Counted from the first letter of the stretch, positions 22,363-33,056 are shown. The stretch: 64,000 bases of DNA from Rhodoferax sp. (GCA_044346035.1 JBIIZY010000001.1:2499-66498), one strand, 5' to 3'. Program-made: numbers and translations. The notes: generated by a model not told the origin, from the sequence alone.

Positions 22363-23115
22363 TTAAAGGGCCTGGATATCGAGCATCATCCGGCGGGTGC
22401 GCAGGGTGGTGACTCCGCAATGGTAGTGCAGCAAGGCGCGCAGCTGGGGCTTGAGCTCGGAAGCAACGTCCGCACAGGCCCGCAAGGTGGTGGTAAAAGG
22501 CGCGTCGCTGCCCAAGGCTGCTTGCACCTGCGCCCACTGGGTGCCGTTCAAGGCGGCGCGCTCAGTGTCTGCCGCCTGGCGCAATCCACCTTCGGGCACC
22601 AGCGTGTAACGGTCACTGGGCTGCAGGGGCGCCAGCGTCATGGTCTGCACATCCAACTGGGGCAACAGCCCCACCTCGCGCAACAGCAACAACTCGTAGG
22701 TTCGCAAAGCGGCCTGCAGCGCCTCGCCGTGCTCGCTGGCAATCACCTGCACCACGGCAGCGTAGATGTCGAACAAGGCTGGATGCGGGTCGTCCCGCGC
22801 CAGCAATGCAAGTACGAGCTCGTTGAGGTAATAGCCCGACAAGAGCGCATCGCCGCGCGGCATGGTGTGGCCACCTTGCCACTCGGCGCTTTTGAGGCTG
22901 CGGATCTCGGCATCGCCACCAAATGCCAAACGCAGCGGCTGCATGGGCAACAACACCGGGCGAAAGCCCGAGCTTGGGCGCTTGGCACCTTTTGCCACCA
23001 ACGCAATGCGTCCGTGGTGGCGGGTGAAGACCTCCACGATCAGGCTGGTTTCGCTCCAGTCGTAGCGGTGCAGCACATAGGCTGGTTCGTCGGCAATGCG
23101 CTTACTCGTAGCCAA
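22363..23115 (-). CDS. recO: DNA repair protein RecO
   Basis: 250 aa. N-terminus [21 protein letters not shown] typical of RecO. Lies between era and pdxJ. Confidence 0.85.
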   Translation of the reverse strand: MATSKRIADEPAYVLHRYDWSETSLIVEVFTRHHGRIALVAKGAKRPSSGFRPVLLPMQPLRLAFGGDAEIRSLKSAEWQGGHTMPRGDALLSGYYLNELVLALLARDDPHPALFDIYAAVVQVIASEHGEALQAALRTYELLLLREVGLLPQLDVQTMTLAPLQPSDRYTLVPEGGLRQAADTERAALNGTQWAQVQAALGSDAPFTTTLRACADVASELKPQLRALLHYHCGVTTLRTRRMMLDIQAL

Positions 23116-24157
23116 AACTGCGCACCCGGGCCTCGTCGTCGGCCCAGCCCGAGCGCACCTTGACCCACAGTTCTAAAAACACTTTGGCGTCAGCCAGCTT
23201 TTCGAGCTCAACCCGGGTTTCCATGCCAATGCGCTTGATGCGCTCGCCCTTGTCGCCAATCACCATGGCCTTGTGGCCGTCGCGCTCCACCACAATGGTG
23301 GCGGCAATGCGCAGCAGGCGCTTGTGGCCCTTTTTTTGCGGCGGCTCTTCTTCAAACTTGTCGATGACCACGGTGGACGTGTAGGGCAACTCATCGCCGG
23401 TGAGACGAAACAGCTTTTCGCGCACCAGCTCGCTGGCCAAGAACTTCTCGCTGCGGTCGGTGAGTTCGTCTTCGGCGTACCACCACGCCTGCTGGGGCAG
23501 AAAGTTGGCACAGATCGCCAGCAGCCGTTCCACATCCTTGGGACTTTTTGCAGACATCGGCACGAACTCGGCAAATGCGTGTTTGCCCTGCATGAGTTGC
23601 AACCACGGTGCGATGTCGCCGCGGCGGTGGACGTTGTCGAGCTTGTTGGCCACCAACACCGTGGGAATGCCTTTGCCAAGCAAGGCCAAAACACGGGCGT
23701 CGGCGGGCGTGAAGCTGCCCGCCTCCACCACAAACAGAATCAGGTCCACTTCGGCGACGGCACCCACCACCGTCTTGTTGAGCGACTGGTTGAGGGCGTT
23801 GCTGTGCACCGTCTGAAAGCCTGGCGTGTCGACAAACACAAACTGGAGATCGCCTTGGGTGCGCATGCCGGTGATGCGGTGGCGCGTGGTTTGCGCCTTG
23901 CGCGAGGTGATACTGATTTTTTGACCTACCAAGGCGTTGAGCAAGGTTGACTTGCCCACGTTGGGTTTGCCCACGATGGCGACCAATCCGCAACGCTGGT
24001 CGGCGCTGGGCGCACCCCCATCAACGCGCCGTGCCGTGCTCTTGAGCAGCCCTTCTAGCATGCTGTCGAGGTCGGGCTGCGTATCCGCTGCAGCGTGCGG
24101 GGGCAACTGGGATAACGTGGGCGCGGTCGCTGCGCGTGGGCTTTTAGGTGGGGTCAC
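23102..24157 (-). CDS. era: GTPase Era
   Basis: [14 protein letters not shown] (G1), DTPG (G3), NKLD (G4), C-terminal KH domain. About 55-aa N-terminal extension, so the start is uncertain (alternative ATG 24061). Confidence 0.92.
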   Translation of the reverse strand: MTPPKSPRAATAPTLSQLPPHAAADTQPDLDSMLEGLLKSTARRVDGGAPSADQRCGLVAIVGKPNVGKSTLLNALVGQKISITSRKAQTTRHRITGMRTQGDLQFVFVDTPGFQTVHSNALNQSLNKTVVGAVAEVDLILFVVEAGSFTPADARVLALLGKGIPTVLVANKLDNVHRRGDIAPWLQLMQGKHAFAEFVPMSAKSPKDVERLLAICANFLPQQAWWYAEDELTDRSEKFLASELVREKLFRLTGDELPYTSTVVIDKFEEEPPQKKGHKRLLRIAATIVVERDGHKAMVIGDKGERIKRIGMETRVELEKLADAKVFLELWVKVRSGWADDEARVRSFGYE

Positions 24158-24839
24158 TGGGGGTCCTGGATTTCAAGGTGTGCAGCATTGCACTGGCGGC
24201 GGCTTGTTCAGCTGCACGGCGTGAGCCGCCGATGCCGCGCTCGGCCAGGCGCAACTCGGCAATCTCGCACTCCACATCGAAGCTTTGCTTGTGCGCCGCA
24301 CCGATGGTGCCCACCACTTTGTACAAGGGCAGCTTCATTTTTCGCCCCTGCAGCCACTCTTGCAACGCCGTCTTGGCATCCTTACCGATGGCGTCCATCT
24401 GGGGGTTGATCTCGATCGCATTGAACAGTCGGTGCACCAAGGCTTGGGCGCTGGCAAATCCAGCATCAAGGTACACCGCGCCAATAACCGCCTCCAAGGC
24501 GTCGGCCAGGATGGATGGGCGCTTTTGCCCGCCCGATCGCAACTCGCCCTCGCCGAGCTTGAGTACGCCAGCCAAACCGAGGTCCAGCGCAACAGCACAC
24601 AGCGTGTCTTGTTTGACCAGGTTGGCCCGCACGCGGGACAGATCACCCTCTGGCAATGCACCAAGCCGCGAATACACCAGGTCAGATATCGCCAGTCCAA
24701 GCACCGAATCGCCCAAAAACTCCAAGCGCTCGTAGTGGCTGCTGGAAAAACTGCGGTGCGTGAGCGCCCGCGACAGCAAGCCCACATCCGAGAACTGGTG
24801 TTCTAGGCGGTTCTGTAACTCCTGGAGACTGTCTGCCAC
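24144..24839 (-). CDS. rnc: ribonuclease III
   Basis: [11 protein letters not shown] signature and C-terminal dsRBD. Confidence 0.93.
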   Translation of the reverse strand: MADSLQELQNRLEHQFSDVGLLSRALTHRSFSSSHYERLEFLGDSVLGLAISDLVYSRLGALPEGDLSRVRANLVKQDTLCAVALDLGLAGVLKLGEGELRSGGQKRPSILADALEAVIGAVYLDAGFASAQALVHRLFNAIEINPQMDAIGKDAKTALQEWLQGRKMKLPLYKVVGTIGAAHKQSFDVECEIAELRLAERGIGGSRRAAEQAAASAMLHTLKSRTPSDPT

Positions 24840-24840
24840 G

Positions 24841-25194
24841 TTAGTCCGAGCTGCCTTGGTACTTCAGGGTCAAATAAGCAGGCCCTATCAGGTGGATTTC
24901 GCGCTCGTAACTGAAGCTCACCACCACCTTGTCCACCACTTTGGTGATCTCCACGTCCTTGGATGTGATGGACCGAATGCCATCGACGGCTGCTGCCTTG
25001 TCGAAAATCTCCCGGACCTCTGCCACCGACTGTCCCGCCGCAGCCCGGCTGACCGCCTTTTTCACTGCGACGTATTCCACGACCGTGGGCAGGAGCTGCG
25101 CGCCGACGACGGTCACAGCCACTACGATGCCAACCAACAACAGCAAGCCCAGCAAGGAAATCCCGCGTTGCTTAGATCTTTGAAGCGCAATCAT
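24841..25194 (-). CDS. DUF4845-like small membrane-anchored protein
   Basis: MIALQRSKQRGISLLGLLLLVGIVV... single N-terminal TM. Conserved position between lepB and rnc in Burkholderiales (from memory). ATG 25194 preferred. Confidence 0.55.
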   Translation of the reverse strand: MIALQRSKQRGISLLGLLLLVGIVVAVTVVGAQLLPTVVEYVAVKKAVSRAAAGQSVAEVREIFDKAAAVDGIRSITSKDVEITKVVDKVVVSFSYEREIHLIGPAYLTLKYQGSSD

Positions 25195-25213
25195 GGTCCG
25201 ACGCAAGCCCGTG

Positions 25214-26179
25214 TCAATGGAAAGCGCCAATGCGCTTGAGGTCGCCGAAGTTCATCCACACAAAGAAGGCCTTGCCCACAATGTTCTCTTCCGGCACAAA
25301 GCCCCAATAGCGCGAATCCTGCGAATCGTCGCGGTTGTCGCCCATTACAAAAAAACTACCCGGCGGGACTTTGCAGGTCACGCCCTCGACGGTGTAGTTG
25401 CAGCCTGTGCGCCCCTCAAACTGATCGGCACCTGGTACGAAGGCGGGGCGATCGTCCTGAACCAGCAGGCGGTGCGGGCGCGGTCCCAGTGATTCCTCGA
25501 ACTGCTTGAAATAGCGCATGGCGCTTTCGTCAAAGAATTCAGGCACGCTTTGGGTCGCGATGACCTGACCGTTAATGGTCAGTCGCTTGTTCAAGTACGC
25601 CACCGTGTCACCCGGAACCCCAACGACGCGCTTGATGTAGTCCAGGCTCGGCTTGGGCGGGAACCTAAACACCATGACGTCGCCGCGCTGGGGTGGGTTG
25701 CCCTCGGTCAGCTTGGTGTGCACCACGGGCAAGCGCACACCGTAGGTGAACTTGTTAACCAAAATGAGGTCGCCCACCAGCAGGGTTGGAATCATGGACC
25801 CAGATGGAATCTTGAAGGGCTCAAAAAGAAACGAGCGCAACAGGAAAACGACCAAAATCACCGGGAACAAGCCCGCTGTCCAGTCAAGCCACCAGGGTTG
25901 CATTAGCAATTTGGCTTGGGCCGCGCGCAAGTCGCCATCCACCTGGCTGATACCCAGCTTCTGCAGCCCGGCACGGCGCTCCAGGTCTTGCGCTTCAAGC
26001 AGCGCTGCGGCCTTTTGACGTGAAGGTAAGAAATAGAAGCGCTCTGCAATCCAATAGGCGCCGGTAACGCTGGTAGCAATCAACAAGAGCAAGGCGAAGT
26101 TGCCTTCGACCGCGCCGAGGTACCACGCGCCGCCGTACAAGACAAACGCGCCAAGGATGGCCGCAGTAATGGCTTGCAT
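25214..26179 (-). CDS. lepB: signal peptidase I
   Basis: S26 motifs GSMIPTL, KRVVGVPGD, GDNRDDSQDSRYWG. Confidence 0.92.
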   Translation of the reverse strand: MQAITAAILGAFVLYGGAWYLGAVEGNFALLLLIATSVTGAYWIAERFYFLPSRQKAAALLEAQDLERRAGLQKLGISQVDGDLRAAQAKLLMQPWWLDWTAGLFPVILVVFLLRSFLFEPFKIPSGSMIPTLLVGDLILVNKFTYGVRLPVVHTKLTEGNPPQRGDVMVFRFPPKPSLDYIKRVVGVPGDTVAYLNKRLTINGQVIATQSVPEFFDESAMRYFKQFEESLGPRPHRLLVQDDRPAFVPGADQFEGRTGCNYTVEGVTCKVPPGSFFVMGDNRDDSQDSRYWGFVPEENIVGKAFFVWMNFGDLKRIGAFH

Positions 26180-27990
26180 CAGTCGTCCACCTGCAAAATC
26201 GCCAGGAACGCTTCCTGGGGAACTTCCACCGAGCCAATTTGTTTCATGCGTTTTTTGCCTGCTTTTTGCTTTTCAAGGAGCTTGCGTTTGCGAGAGATGT
26301 CACCGCCGTAGCACTTGGCCAATACGTTCTTTCGCAGGGCTTTGATTGTCTCACGGGCAATGATGTTGGCCCCAATCGCGGCCTGTATCGCCACGTCATA
26401 CATCTGCCTGGAGATGATCTCCCGCATCTTGGCCACAACCGCCCGGCCCCTGAACTGCGACTGCGAGCGGTGCAGCATGATTGAGAGGGCATCAACCCGC
26501 TCGGAGTTGAGCAAGATATCCACCTTGACCACGTCTGCGGCCCGGTATTCCTTGAACTCGTAATCCATGGAAGCGTAGCCCCGGCTGACGCTTTTGAGCT
26601 TGTCGAAAAAGTCGAGAACGATCTCGGCAAGCGGCATGTCGTAGGTCAAGACAACCTGGCGTCCCTTGTAGGCCATATTCATCTGCACACCGCGCTTTTG
26701 GTTGGCCAAGGTCATTACCGCGCCGACGTACTCCTGCGGCATGTACAGATGCACGGTGACAATGGGCTCGCGAATCTCGGCGGTGCGCCCAATTTCTGGC
26801 ATCTTCGATGGGTTCTCCACCAGCACCACTTCGCCGTCGACCTTCATCACCTCGTAGACGACGCTGGGCGCAGTGGTGATCAAATCTTGGTCGAACTCCC
26901 GCTCCAGCCTTTCTTGGACGATTTCCATGTGCAGCAGACCCAGAAACCCGCACCGGAAACCAAAGCCCAACGCCTGCGAAACCTCCGGCTCGTACTGCAA
27001 GGACGCGTCATTGAGCTTGAGCTTTTCCAACGCGTCACGCAGCGAGTCGTACTCACTCGCCTCAGTCGGGTACAGGCCGGCAAAGACCTGCGGCTGTATC
27101 TCCTTGAACCCCGGCAATGCCTCGGTGGCCGTCCACGCGGCGCCGCCGCTACCGGGCTTGATGACGGTCACTGTGTCGCCAACCTTGGCCGCCTGCAGCT
27201 CCTTGATACCGGCAATGATGTAACCCACCTCACCCGCCTCGAGCGACTGGCGGGGCGCGTTGGCCGGTGTGAAAACGCCCAGGTTGTCGGCGTTGTAGGT
27301 CGCACCCGAGGCCATCATCTTGATGCGATCGCCCTTGGCCAAGCGGCCATCCACCACCCGCACCAACATCACAACGCCCACGTAACTGTCGAACCAGCTG
27401 TCGATAATCATGGCGCGCAAAGGCGCTGTCGGATTGCCCCGCGGTGCCGGCACACGCGCCACGATCGCTTCCAAAATTTCATCAATGCCCAGACCCGTCT
27501 TGGCAGAGCACACGATCGCGTCGGACGCTTCGATGCCGATCACGTCTTCGATCTCGCTGCGTGCGTTGTCTGGATCCGCGTTAGGTAGATCGATCTTGTT
27601 AAGCACCGGCATCACTTCAACACCGAGGTCCAGCGCCGTGTAGCAGTTCGCCACCGTCTGCGCCTCCACGCCTTGGCTGGCATCGACCACCAACAGTGCG
27701 CCTTCGCAGGCTGACAAAGAACGGCTCACTTCGTACGAGAAGTCAACGTGCCCCGGTGTGTCGATCAAGTTGAGGTTGTAGACCTGCCCGTCACGGGCCT
27801 TGTAGTGCAAAGCGGCGGTCTGCGCCTTGATGGTTATCCCACGCTCTTTCTCGATGTCCATGGAGTCCAAAACCTGCGCCTCCATGTCACGCGCCTCCAA
27901 TCCTCCGCAGCGCTGGATGAGCCGATCTGCGAGGGTTGATTTGCCATGATCAATGTGGGCGATGATGGAAAAATTTCTGATGTGGTTCAT
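26179..27990 (-). CDS. lepA: elongation factor 4
   Basis: [35 protein letters not shown] 27990 (the track's first codon is TTG 27993). Its stop shares 1 nt with the lepB ATG. Confidence 0.97.
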   Translation of the reverse strand: MNHIRNFSIIAHIDHGKSTLADRLIQRCGGLEARDMEAQVLDSMDIEKERGITIKAQTAALHYKARDGQVYNLNLIDTPGHVDFSYEVSRSLSACEGALLVVDASQGVEAQTVANCYTALDLGVEVMPVLNKIDLPNADPDNARSEIEDVIGIEASDAIVCSAKTGLGIDEILEAIVARVPAPRGNPTAPLRAMIIDSWFDSYVGVVMLVRVVDGRLAKGDRIKMMASGATYNADNLGVFTPANAPRQSLEAGEVGYIIAGIKELQAAKVGDTVTVIKPGSGGAAWTATEALPGFKEIQPQVFAGLYPTEASEYDSLRDALEKLKLNDASLQYEPEVSQALGFGFRCGFLGLLHMEIVQERLEREFDQDLITTAPSVVYEVMKVDGEVVLVENPSKMPEIGRTAEIREPIVTVHLYMPQEYVGAVMTLANQKRGVQMNMAYKGRQVVLTYDMPLAEIVLDFFDKLKSVSRGYASMDYEFKEYRAADVVKVDILLNSERVDALSIMLHRSQSQFRGRAVVAKMREIISRQMYDVAIQAAIGANIIARETIKALRKNVLAKCYGGDISRKRKLLEKQKAGKKRMKQIGSVEVPQEAFLAILQVDD

Positions 27991-28030
27991 CAACGGAACG
28001 CTTCAAGTGGTTGAAATAAAACGGACAGAC

Positions 28031-28064
28031 AAGAAAAAAGGGCGCGTCCTTTGAAGACGCGCCC
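28031..28064 (-). terminator. canonical rho-independent terminator, T-tract ending ~40 nt upstream of the lepA start codon
   Basis: Minus strand GGGCGCGTC-TTCAAAG-GACGCGCCC (9-bp GC stem, 28064..28040) followed by TTTTTTCTT. Confidence 0.7.
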
Positions 28065-28480
28065 TGAACCAACAATCTTTTGGCAACTGCGAAAGTTGGA
28101 GCTTCATTGTAGGCAAAAAGTGTGAAAGCAAAAGCCGCCGGCCGCCCAAAGGGGGAAGTTGCAAGTCCGCCACAGTTTGATTTATGCACAGCTTATTCAC
28201 AATTATTGTTTTCGGAAGTGCGCGCCCGTGTGGGCGAGCTGTGGATGGCTGGCAAAGCGCGCGGTGCATCCCATATGGTGGATTAATCGGGCGCCTATAT
28301 ATCGCTAATGGACCGCGAAAGCCATGCATTCTAACCAAAACAGGTAACCGGACTGACCGCCCGCTGACCGCAAAGGCAGGGCATTCGGGCGATAGACCCG
28401 GTGCATCCTGCCCCTCAAATGTCCGAACAACCCCATACCCTACTAAGAGTTGGGGTTACAAGGCCCGTCAGGCCCGTCAC

Positions 28481-29953
28481 TTAACGCGTGGGCCGTATCA
28501 CAGCGTACTGCGTCCATTCCCCCCGGCGAAACAAAACATTGAATGACTTGGAGCGATCGACCTTGGCCAACGCAGCGTCAAAGTCCTTCACACTGAGCAC
28601 CTCCACGTTGGAGACCGCTAGGATGACGTCCCCTTCACGCAATCCAGCGCGGGCCGCTGCTTCCAACGCCGACTCCAGCCGGACACCGCCTTTGACACCC
28701 AGTTCCTTTTTTTGCGCCTCGGTCAGCTCCGACACGATCAGCCCGTAGGACTGCGCCAACACGGATGACTTGGGTTTTTCGTCTTTGCTAGGGGCTCGAA
28801 CCGCCACGGGCCGGTCTGATTCGATCTCGGCCACCACCACGCTGAACTCGCGGAAAGCGCCTCGCCGAAACACTGTCACCGTGCTCTTGCTGCCAGGTTT
28901 GGTTGAACCCACGATGCGTGGCAGGTCGCTGGACTTTTCGATCACCTTGCCGTCAAACTTGGTAATGATGTCGCCTGCCTCAATGCCCGCCTTGTCGGCT
29001 GGCGCGCCTTGCTCGACACCGCGAACCAGTGCACCAGTGGGCTTGCCCAACCCAATCGACTCGGCAACGTCTTTGCTGACTTGGTCGATTTGCACACCAA
29101 TGCGGCCGCGCGAAACCTTGCCGCTGCTGCGCAGCTGGTCGCTGACCCGCACCGCTTCGTCAATCGGAATGGAAAACGAGATTCCCATGAATCCGCCGGA
29201 GCGTGAGTAAATTTGGCTGTTGATGCCAACCACTTCGCCGCGCATGTTGATCAGCGGCCCACCCGAGTTGCCTGGGTTGATTGCCACGTCCGTCTGGATG
29301 AAGGGCAAGTAATCCCCGGTGTCGCGCTGTTTGGCACTGACGATCCCGGCCGTGACGGTGTTCTCCAGACCGAATGGCGAGCCAATCGCCATCACCCACT
29401 CGCCGACCCGCAAGCGGTTGACGTCACCCACCTTGACCGCTGGCAAACCGGTCGCGTCGATCTTGACGACAGCAACGTCACTGCGCCGGTCGGAGCCGAT
29501 GATGCGGGCTTTGAATTCCCGCTTGTCGGGCAATGTCACCAGGACTTCGTCAGCGCCCTCAACCACATGCGCGTTGGTCATGATCAGGCCATCGGCTGAG
29601 AGGATGAAACCCGACCCCACACCGCGCGGCTGGTCTTCTTCTTGGGGCTGTGGCCGGTTTTGACGAGGGGCCTGCCGGGGGACATTGGGGGGAACAGGAA
29701 TCCCAAAGCGACGAAAGAACTCCAACATTTCCTCGTCGTTGGGCGTCCCTTGTCCGGCTCGTGGCGAGACTTTCTCCGACGTCCGGATGTTGACCACAGA
29801 CGGGCCAACTTGTTCCACCAAATCGGTGAAGTCTGGCAAGCCGCGCGTTTGCGCATAGGCTGGCGACGCAGTGAAAACCGCCAAGCTGGGCCCGGCAACA
29901 AGAGCAAGTGATAGACCAACAGAGCGGACCACTGCAGCAAACGTCGATTTCAT
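28481..29953 (-). CDS. periplasmic Do/DegP/MucD-family serine endoprotease
   Basis: Signal peptide MKSTFAAVV...ASPAYAQ. Trypsin-like domain with GNSGGPL active-site Ser, then two PDZ domains. ATG 29953. Confidence 0.9.
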   Translation of the reverse strand: MKSTFAAVVRSVGLSLALVAGPSLAVFTASPAYAQTRGLPDFTDLVEQVGPSVVNIRTSEKVSPRAGQGTPNDEEMLEFFRRFGIPVPPNVPRQAPRQNRPQPQEEDQPRGVGSGFILSADGLIMTNAHVVEGADEVLVTLPDKREFKARIIGSDRRSDVAVVKIDATGLPAVKVGDVNRLRVGEWVMAIGSPFGLENTVTAGIVSAKQRDTGDYLPFIQTDVAINPGNSGGPLINMRGEVVGINSQIYSRSGGFMGISFSIPIDEAVRVSDQLRSSGKVSRGRIGVQIDQVSKDVAESIGLGKPTGALVRGVEQGAPADKAGIEAGDIITKFDGKVIEKSSDLPRIVGSTKPGSKSTVTVFRRGAFREFSVVVAEIESDRPVAVRAPSKDEKPKSSVLAQSYGLIVSELTEAQKKELGVKGGVRLESALEAAARAGLREGDVILAVSNVEVLSVKDFDAALAKVDRSKSFNVLFRRGEWTQYAVIRPTR

Positions 29954-30106
29954 AGCGAGCTTCCGGTTGTCAAAGGCGAATACATGGGGGCACCAGTGCG
30001 GCGCGCAAGGATCGCATGTCCAAAAAATCAACGCTAATCCTATCCATCCAAGCGCCACCCTGCGCGCACTGGGGCATTGATCTGCTGCCCCTGCCTGGGG
30101 GCCCAA

Positions 30107-30586
30107 TCAGCAGATGGGCACCTTGGAAACTCTGTTCCAACCCGCCCGCTCGCTGCCGACCAAGGCACGGCGCATATCCATCCACCGATCCGGGCAGCTG
30201 TTGCGCTGCAACCAGACCCAGAAAACTTGGCCGTGCTGATCTGTGGCGCGCACCAACACGGTTGACTGGATGTCTACGGCCACGCGCAAGTCTCGCAACA
30301 CCCTGTAACCGCCAACGCCAGACACACCGCCTCCCGTCTCGCACAGCAGCGACCAGCTCTCACCATCCCAACGCAAAACCCTTGTGCGGATGCGGTGCCA
30401 ACTGGCAACTGACACCAACAGGGCCAAAGCTGTACAACACAACAAGAGAACGCCACGTACGTTCACGCCTTGCTGCAGAACAAAAAACAAGGTCGCAACT
30501 GCACCCAATGCGGCGCACGCCACCACCGCGAACAAGTGCACGCGAGACCGCCCCGTCGGGTACCTTACCGCGGGGGGCAAGTCCAT
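30107..30586 (-). CDS. YgfX/CptA-like (DUF1434) inner-membrane protein, tentative
   Basis: 159 aa starting 12 nt after the fabF stop. Two N-terminal TM helices, then LRWDGESWSL and FWVWLQRNSCPDRWMDMRRAL. These parallel, from memory, E. coli YgfX (RLRWQGQEWS; HLWLAADSMDEAEWRDLRRIL). Confidence 0.45.
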   Translation of the reverse strand: MDLPPAVRYPTGRSRVHLFAVVACAALGAVATLFFVLQQGVNVRGVLLLCCTALALLVSVASWHRIRTRVLRWDGESWSLLCETGGGVSGVGGYRVLRDLRVAVDIQSTVLVRATDQHGQVFWVWLQRNSCPDRWMDMRRALVGSERAGWNRVSKVPIC

Positions 30587-30598
30587 GGCACGGCGAAA

Positions 30599-31843
30599 TC
30601 AGATGCGCTTGAACACCAGCGTACCGTTGGTACCACCGAACCCGAAGTTGTTTTTCACGGCAACGTCGATCGGCAGGTCACGGGCTGTGTTGGCGCAATA
30701 GTCCAAGTCGCACTCGGGGTCTTGGTTGAAAATGTTGATGGTCGGTGGGCTCTTCTGGTGGTGCACCGCCAATACCGTGAACACCGACTCCAGCCCCCCC
30801 GCACCGCCCAACAAATGGCCGGTCATCGACTTGGTTGAGTTCACCACCAGCTTGCGAGCATGGTCGCCAAACGCGGCCTTGATGGCATTGGTCTCGTTGA
30901 GGTCGCCCAGCGGGGTGGATGTGCCATGCGCGTTGAGGTAGTTGACCTGATCGATGTTGGCACCTGCATTTTGCAACGCACTGAGCATGGCACGGCGTGG
31001 GCCATCCATGTTGGGCGCGGTCATATGGCCAGCGTCTGCGCTCATGCCGAAACCAGCCAATTCCGCATAAATCTTGGCACCGCGTGCTTTGGCACGCGAG
31101 TACTCTTCCAAGACCATCACCCCGCCACCTTCACCAAGCACGAAGCCATCACGGTCACGGTCCCAAGGGCGGGACGCAGTGGCTGGATCGTCGTTACGGA
31201 CACTCAGTGCGCGCATGGCTGCAAATCCACCGATACCCAAGGGCGAGACCGTCGCCTCCGATCCGCCCGCGATCATGACATCCGCATCGCCATACTCGAT
31301 CATGCGGCCAGCCTGGCCAATGCAGTGCAGACCGGTGGTGCACGCGGTAACGATGGACAGGTTGGGTCCCTTGAACCCAAACCGCATCGATACCTGGCCG
31401 GCCGTCATATTGATAATGGACGCGGGTACGAAAAACGGCGAAATTCGCCTCGGGCCGCGGTTGATGAATTCGGTGTGGGTGCTCTCGATCAAGGGCAAAC
31501 CACCAATGCCTGATCCAATGACGCACCCAATGCGGGTTGCATCCTCCTCGCTGAGTGCGTCGCCCGTCAACAAGCCCGCATCGGCAACCGCCTGCACCGA
31601 AGCCGCTACGCCATAGTGAATGAAGGTGTCCATGGTCCGCGCCTCTTTGGCGGCCATGTAGGTCTCTACGTCAAAGCCGCGCACTTCTCCTGCGACTTTG
31701 CAGGAAAACGCAGACGCATCGAACTTGCTGATCAAGTCAATACCGGGCTTGCCAGCGAGCAGATTGGACCACGCCTCGTGGACCGTATTGCCAACGGGAC
31801 TCACGCAGCCCAAACCAGTTACAACAACACGACGACGGGACAT
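30599..31843 (-). CDS. fabF: 3-oxoacyl-ACP synthase II
   Basis: MSRRRVVVTGLG N-terminus, active-site Cys IVTACTTG, HGTSTPLGD, SMTGHLLG. Confidence 0.95.
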   Translation of the reverse strand: MSRRRVVVTGLGCVSPVGNTVHEAWSNLLAGKPGIDLISKFDASAFSCKVAGEVRGFDVETYMAAKEARTMDTFIHYGVAASVQAVADAGLLTGDALSEEDATRIGCVIGSGIGGLPLIESTHTEFINRGPRRISPFFVPASIINMTAGQVSMRFGFKGPNLSIVTACTTGLHCIGQAGRMIEYGDADVMIAGGSEATVSPLGIGGFAAMRALSVRNDDPATASRPWDRDRDGFVLGEGGGVMVLEEYSRAKARGAKIYAELAGFGMSADAGHMTAPNMDGPRRAMLSALQNAGANIDQVNYLNAHGTSTPLGDLNETNAIKAAFGDHARKLVVNSTKSMTGHLLGGAGGLESVFTVLAVHHQKSPPTINIFNQDPECDLDYCANTARDLPIDVAVKNNFGFGGTNGTLVFKRI

Positions 31844-31870
31844 AGGCGCTCGCAGGAAGTGCAGTTTGTC

Positions 31871-31894
31871 AAAAGAACGCCGCAAAGTGCGGCA
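31871..31894 (-). terminator. weak hairpin plus U-tract between acpP and fabF (possible partial terminator)
   Basis: Minus strand GCCGC-ACTTT-GCGGC followed by GTTCTTTT. Confidence 0.35.
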
Positions 31895-31974
31895 AACGAA
31901 AACCCTTGGCTTGGGGAACTTGACGGCAACGAGGCCTTTTGCCCCGTGTGCCTACAAGTCAAGCCCAACGCGAA

Positions 31975-32250
<276 letters not shown>

Positions 32251-32309
32251 TTAGCCGCTAGAGCTAGCTCTCTAAACAGCCCACCGGGCGGACCAACCGG
32301 TGCAACAAA

Positions 32310-33056
32310 CTACATGTACATGCCACCGTTTACATGCAACTCTTGGCCAGTCACATATGCAGCCTGTGGCGAAGCCAAGTAGACAACGGCATGCGCAATG
32401 TCTTCGGGCTTGCCCAAACAGCCCAAGGGAATTTGGTTCATCAGGGCTTTTTGTTGCTCTTCACCCAGACCCGCCGTCATGTCGGTTTCGATAAATCCCG
32501 GCGCGACGCAGTTGACCGTGATGTTGCGCGAACCCAGCTCGCGGGCCAAGGCGCGCGTCATGCCAGCGACCCCAGCCTTGGAGGCTGCGTAGTTCATTTG
32601 GCCGGGGTTGCCAGAGGCACCAACGACCGATGTGATGCTGACAATACGTCCGTACCGCTGCTTCATCATGGGGCGCACAACCGCTCGGCTCATGCGAAAA
32701 ACGCCTTTGAGGTTGGTATCGATCACCGCATCCCAGTCTTGATCTTTCATCCGCATTGCCAAGGTATCGCGGGTGATGCCGGCGTTGTTTACCAACACGT
32801 GCAACCCACCGTACTCCTTGACTACCGCATCCACCAGTGCCTCGGTGGCAGTTGCGTCGGTGACGTCGAGTGCACGCCCGTCACAGCCGGGGTAGGCGGA
32901 CAAAGCGTCTTTAATCTTGCCTGCGCCAGGCTCGGTGGTGGCAGTGCCAACGACCCGCAATCCTTGCCGCGCCAACGCCAGCGCAATGGCCGCCCCAATA
33001 CCGCGCGAGGCACCGGTAACCAACGCAACCTGACCGCTGAAAGCAACCGAAGTCAT
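32310..33056 (-). CDS. fabG: 3-oxoacyl-ACP reductase
   Basis: SDR motifs TGASRGIG and YAASKAG. Confidence 0.95.
   Translation of the reverse strand: MTSVAFSGQVALVTGASRGIGAAIALALARQGLRVVGTATTEPGAGKIKDALSAYPGCDGRALDVTDATATEALVDAVVKEYGGLHVLVNNAGITRDTLAMRMKDQDWDAVIDTNLKGVFRMSRAVVRPMMKQRYGRIVSITSVVGASGNPGQMNYAASKAGVAGMTRALARELGSRNITVNCVAPGFIETDMTAGLGEEQQKALMNQIPLGCLGKPEDIAHAVVYLASPQAAYVTGQELHVNGGMYM

Noticed and set aside
28003-28107. Possible 34-aa leader peptide (MKLQLSQLPKDCWFRARLQRTRPFFLSVRFISTT) spanning the lepA-proximal terminator
   Set aside because: No Shine-Dalgarno sequence, and no run of regulatory codons typical of attenuation leaders. It is the tail of a 111-aa track ORF with no protein-like features.
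28067-28480. Checked whether the degP-lepA spacer is a known structured RNA (RNase P, tmRNA, 6S, SRP)
   Set aside because: None of the universally conserved motifs I know (e.g. GAGGAAAGUCCGG for RNase P, or the tRNA-like 3' end of tmRNA) is present on either strand. It stays as an unknown in the findings.
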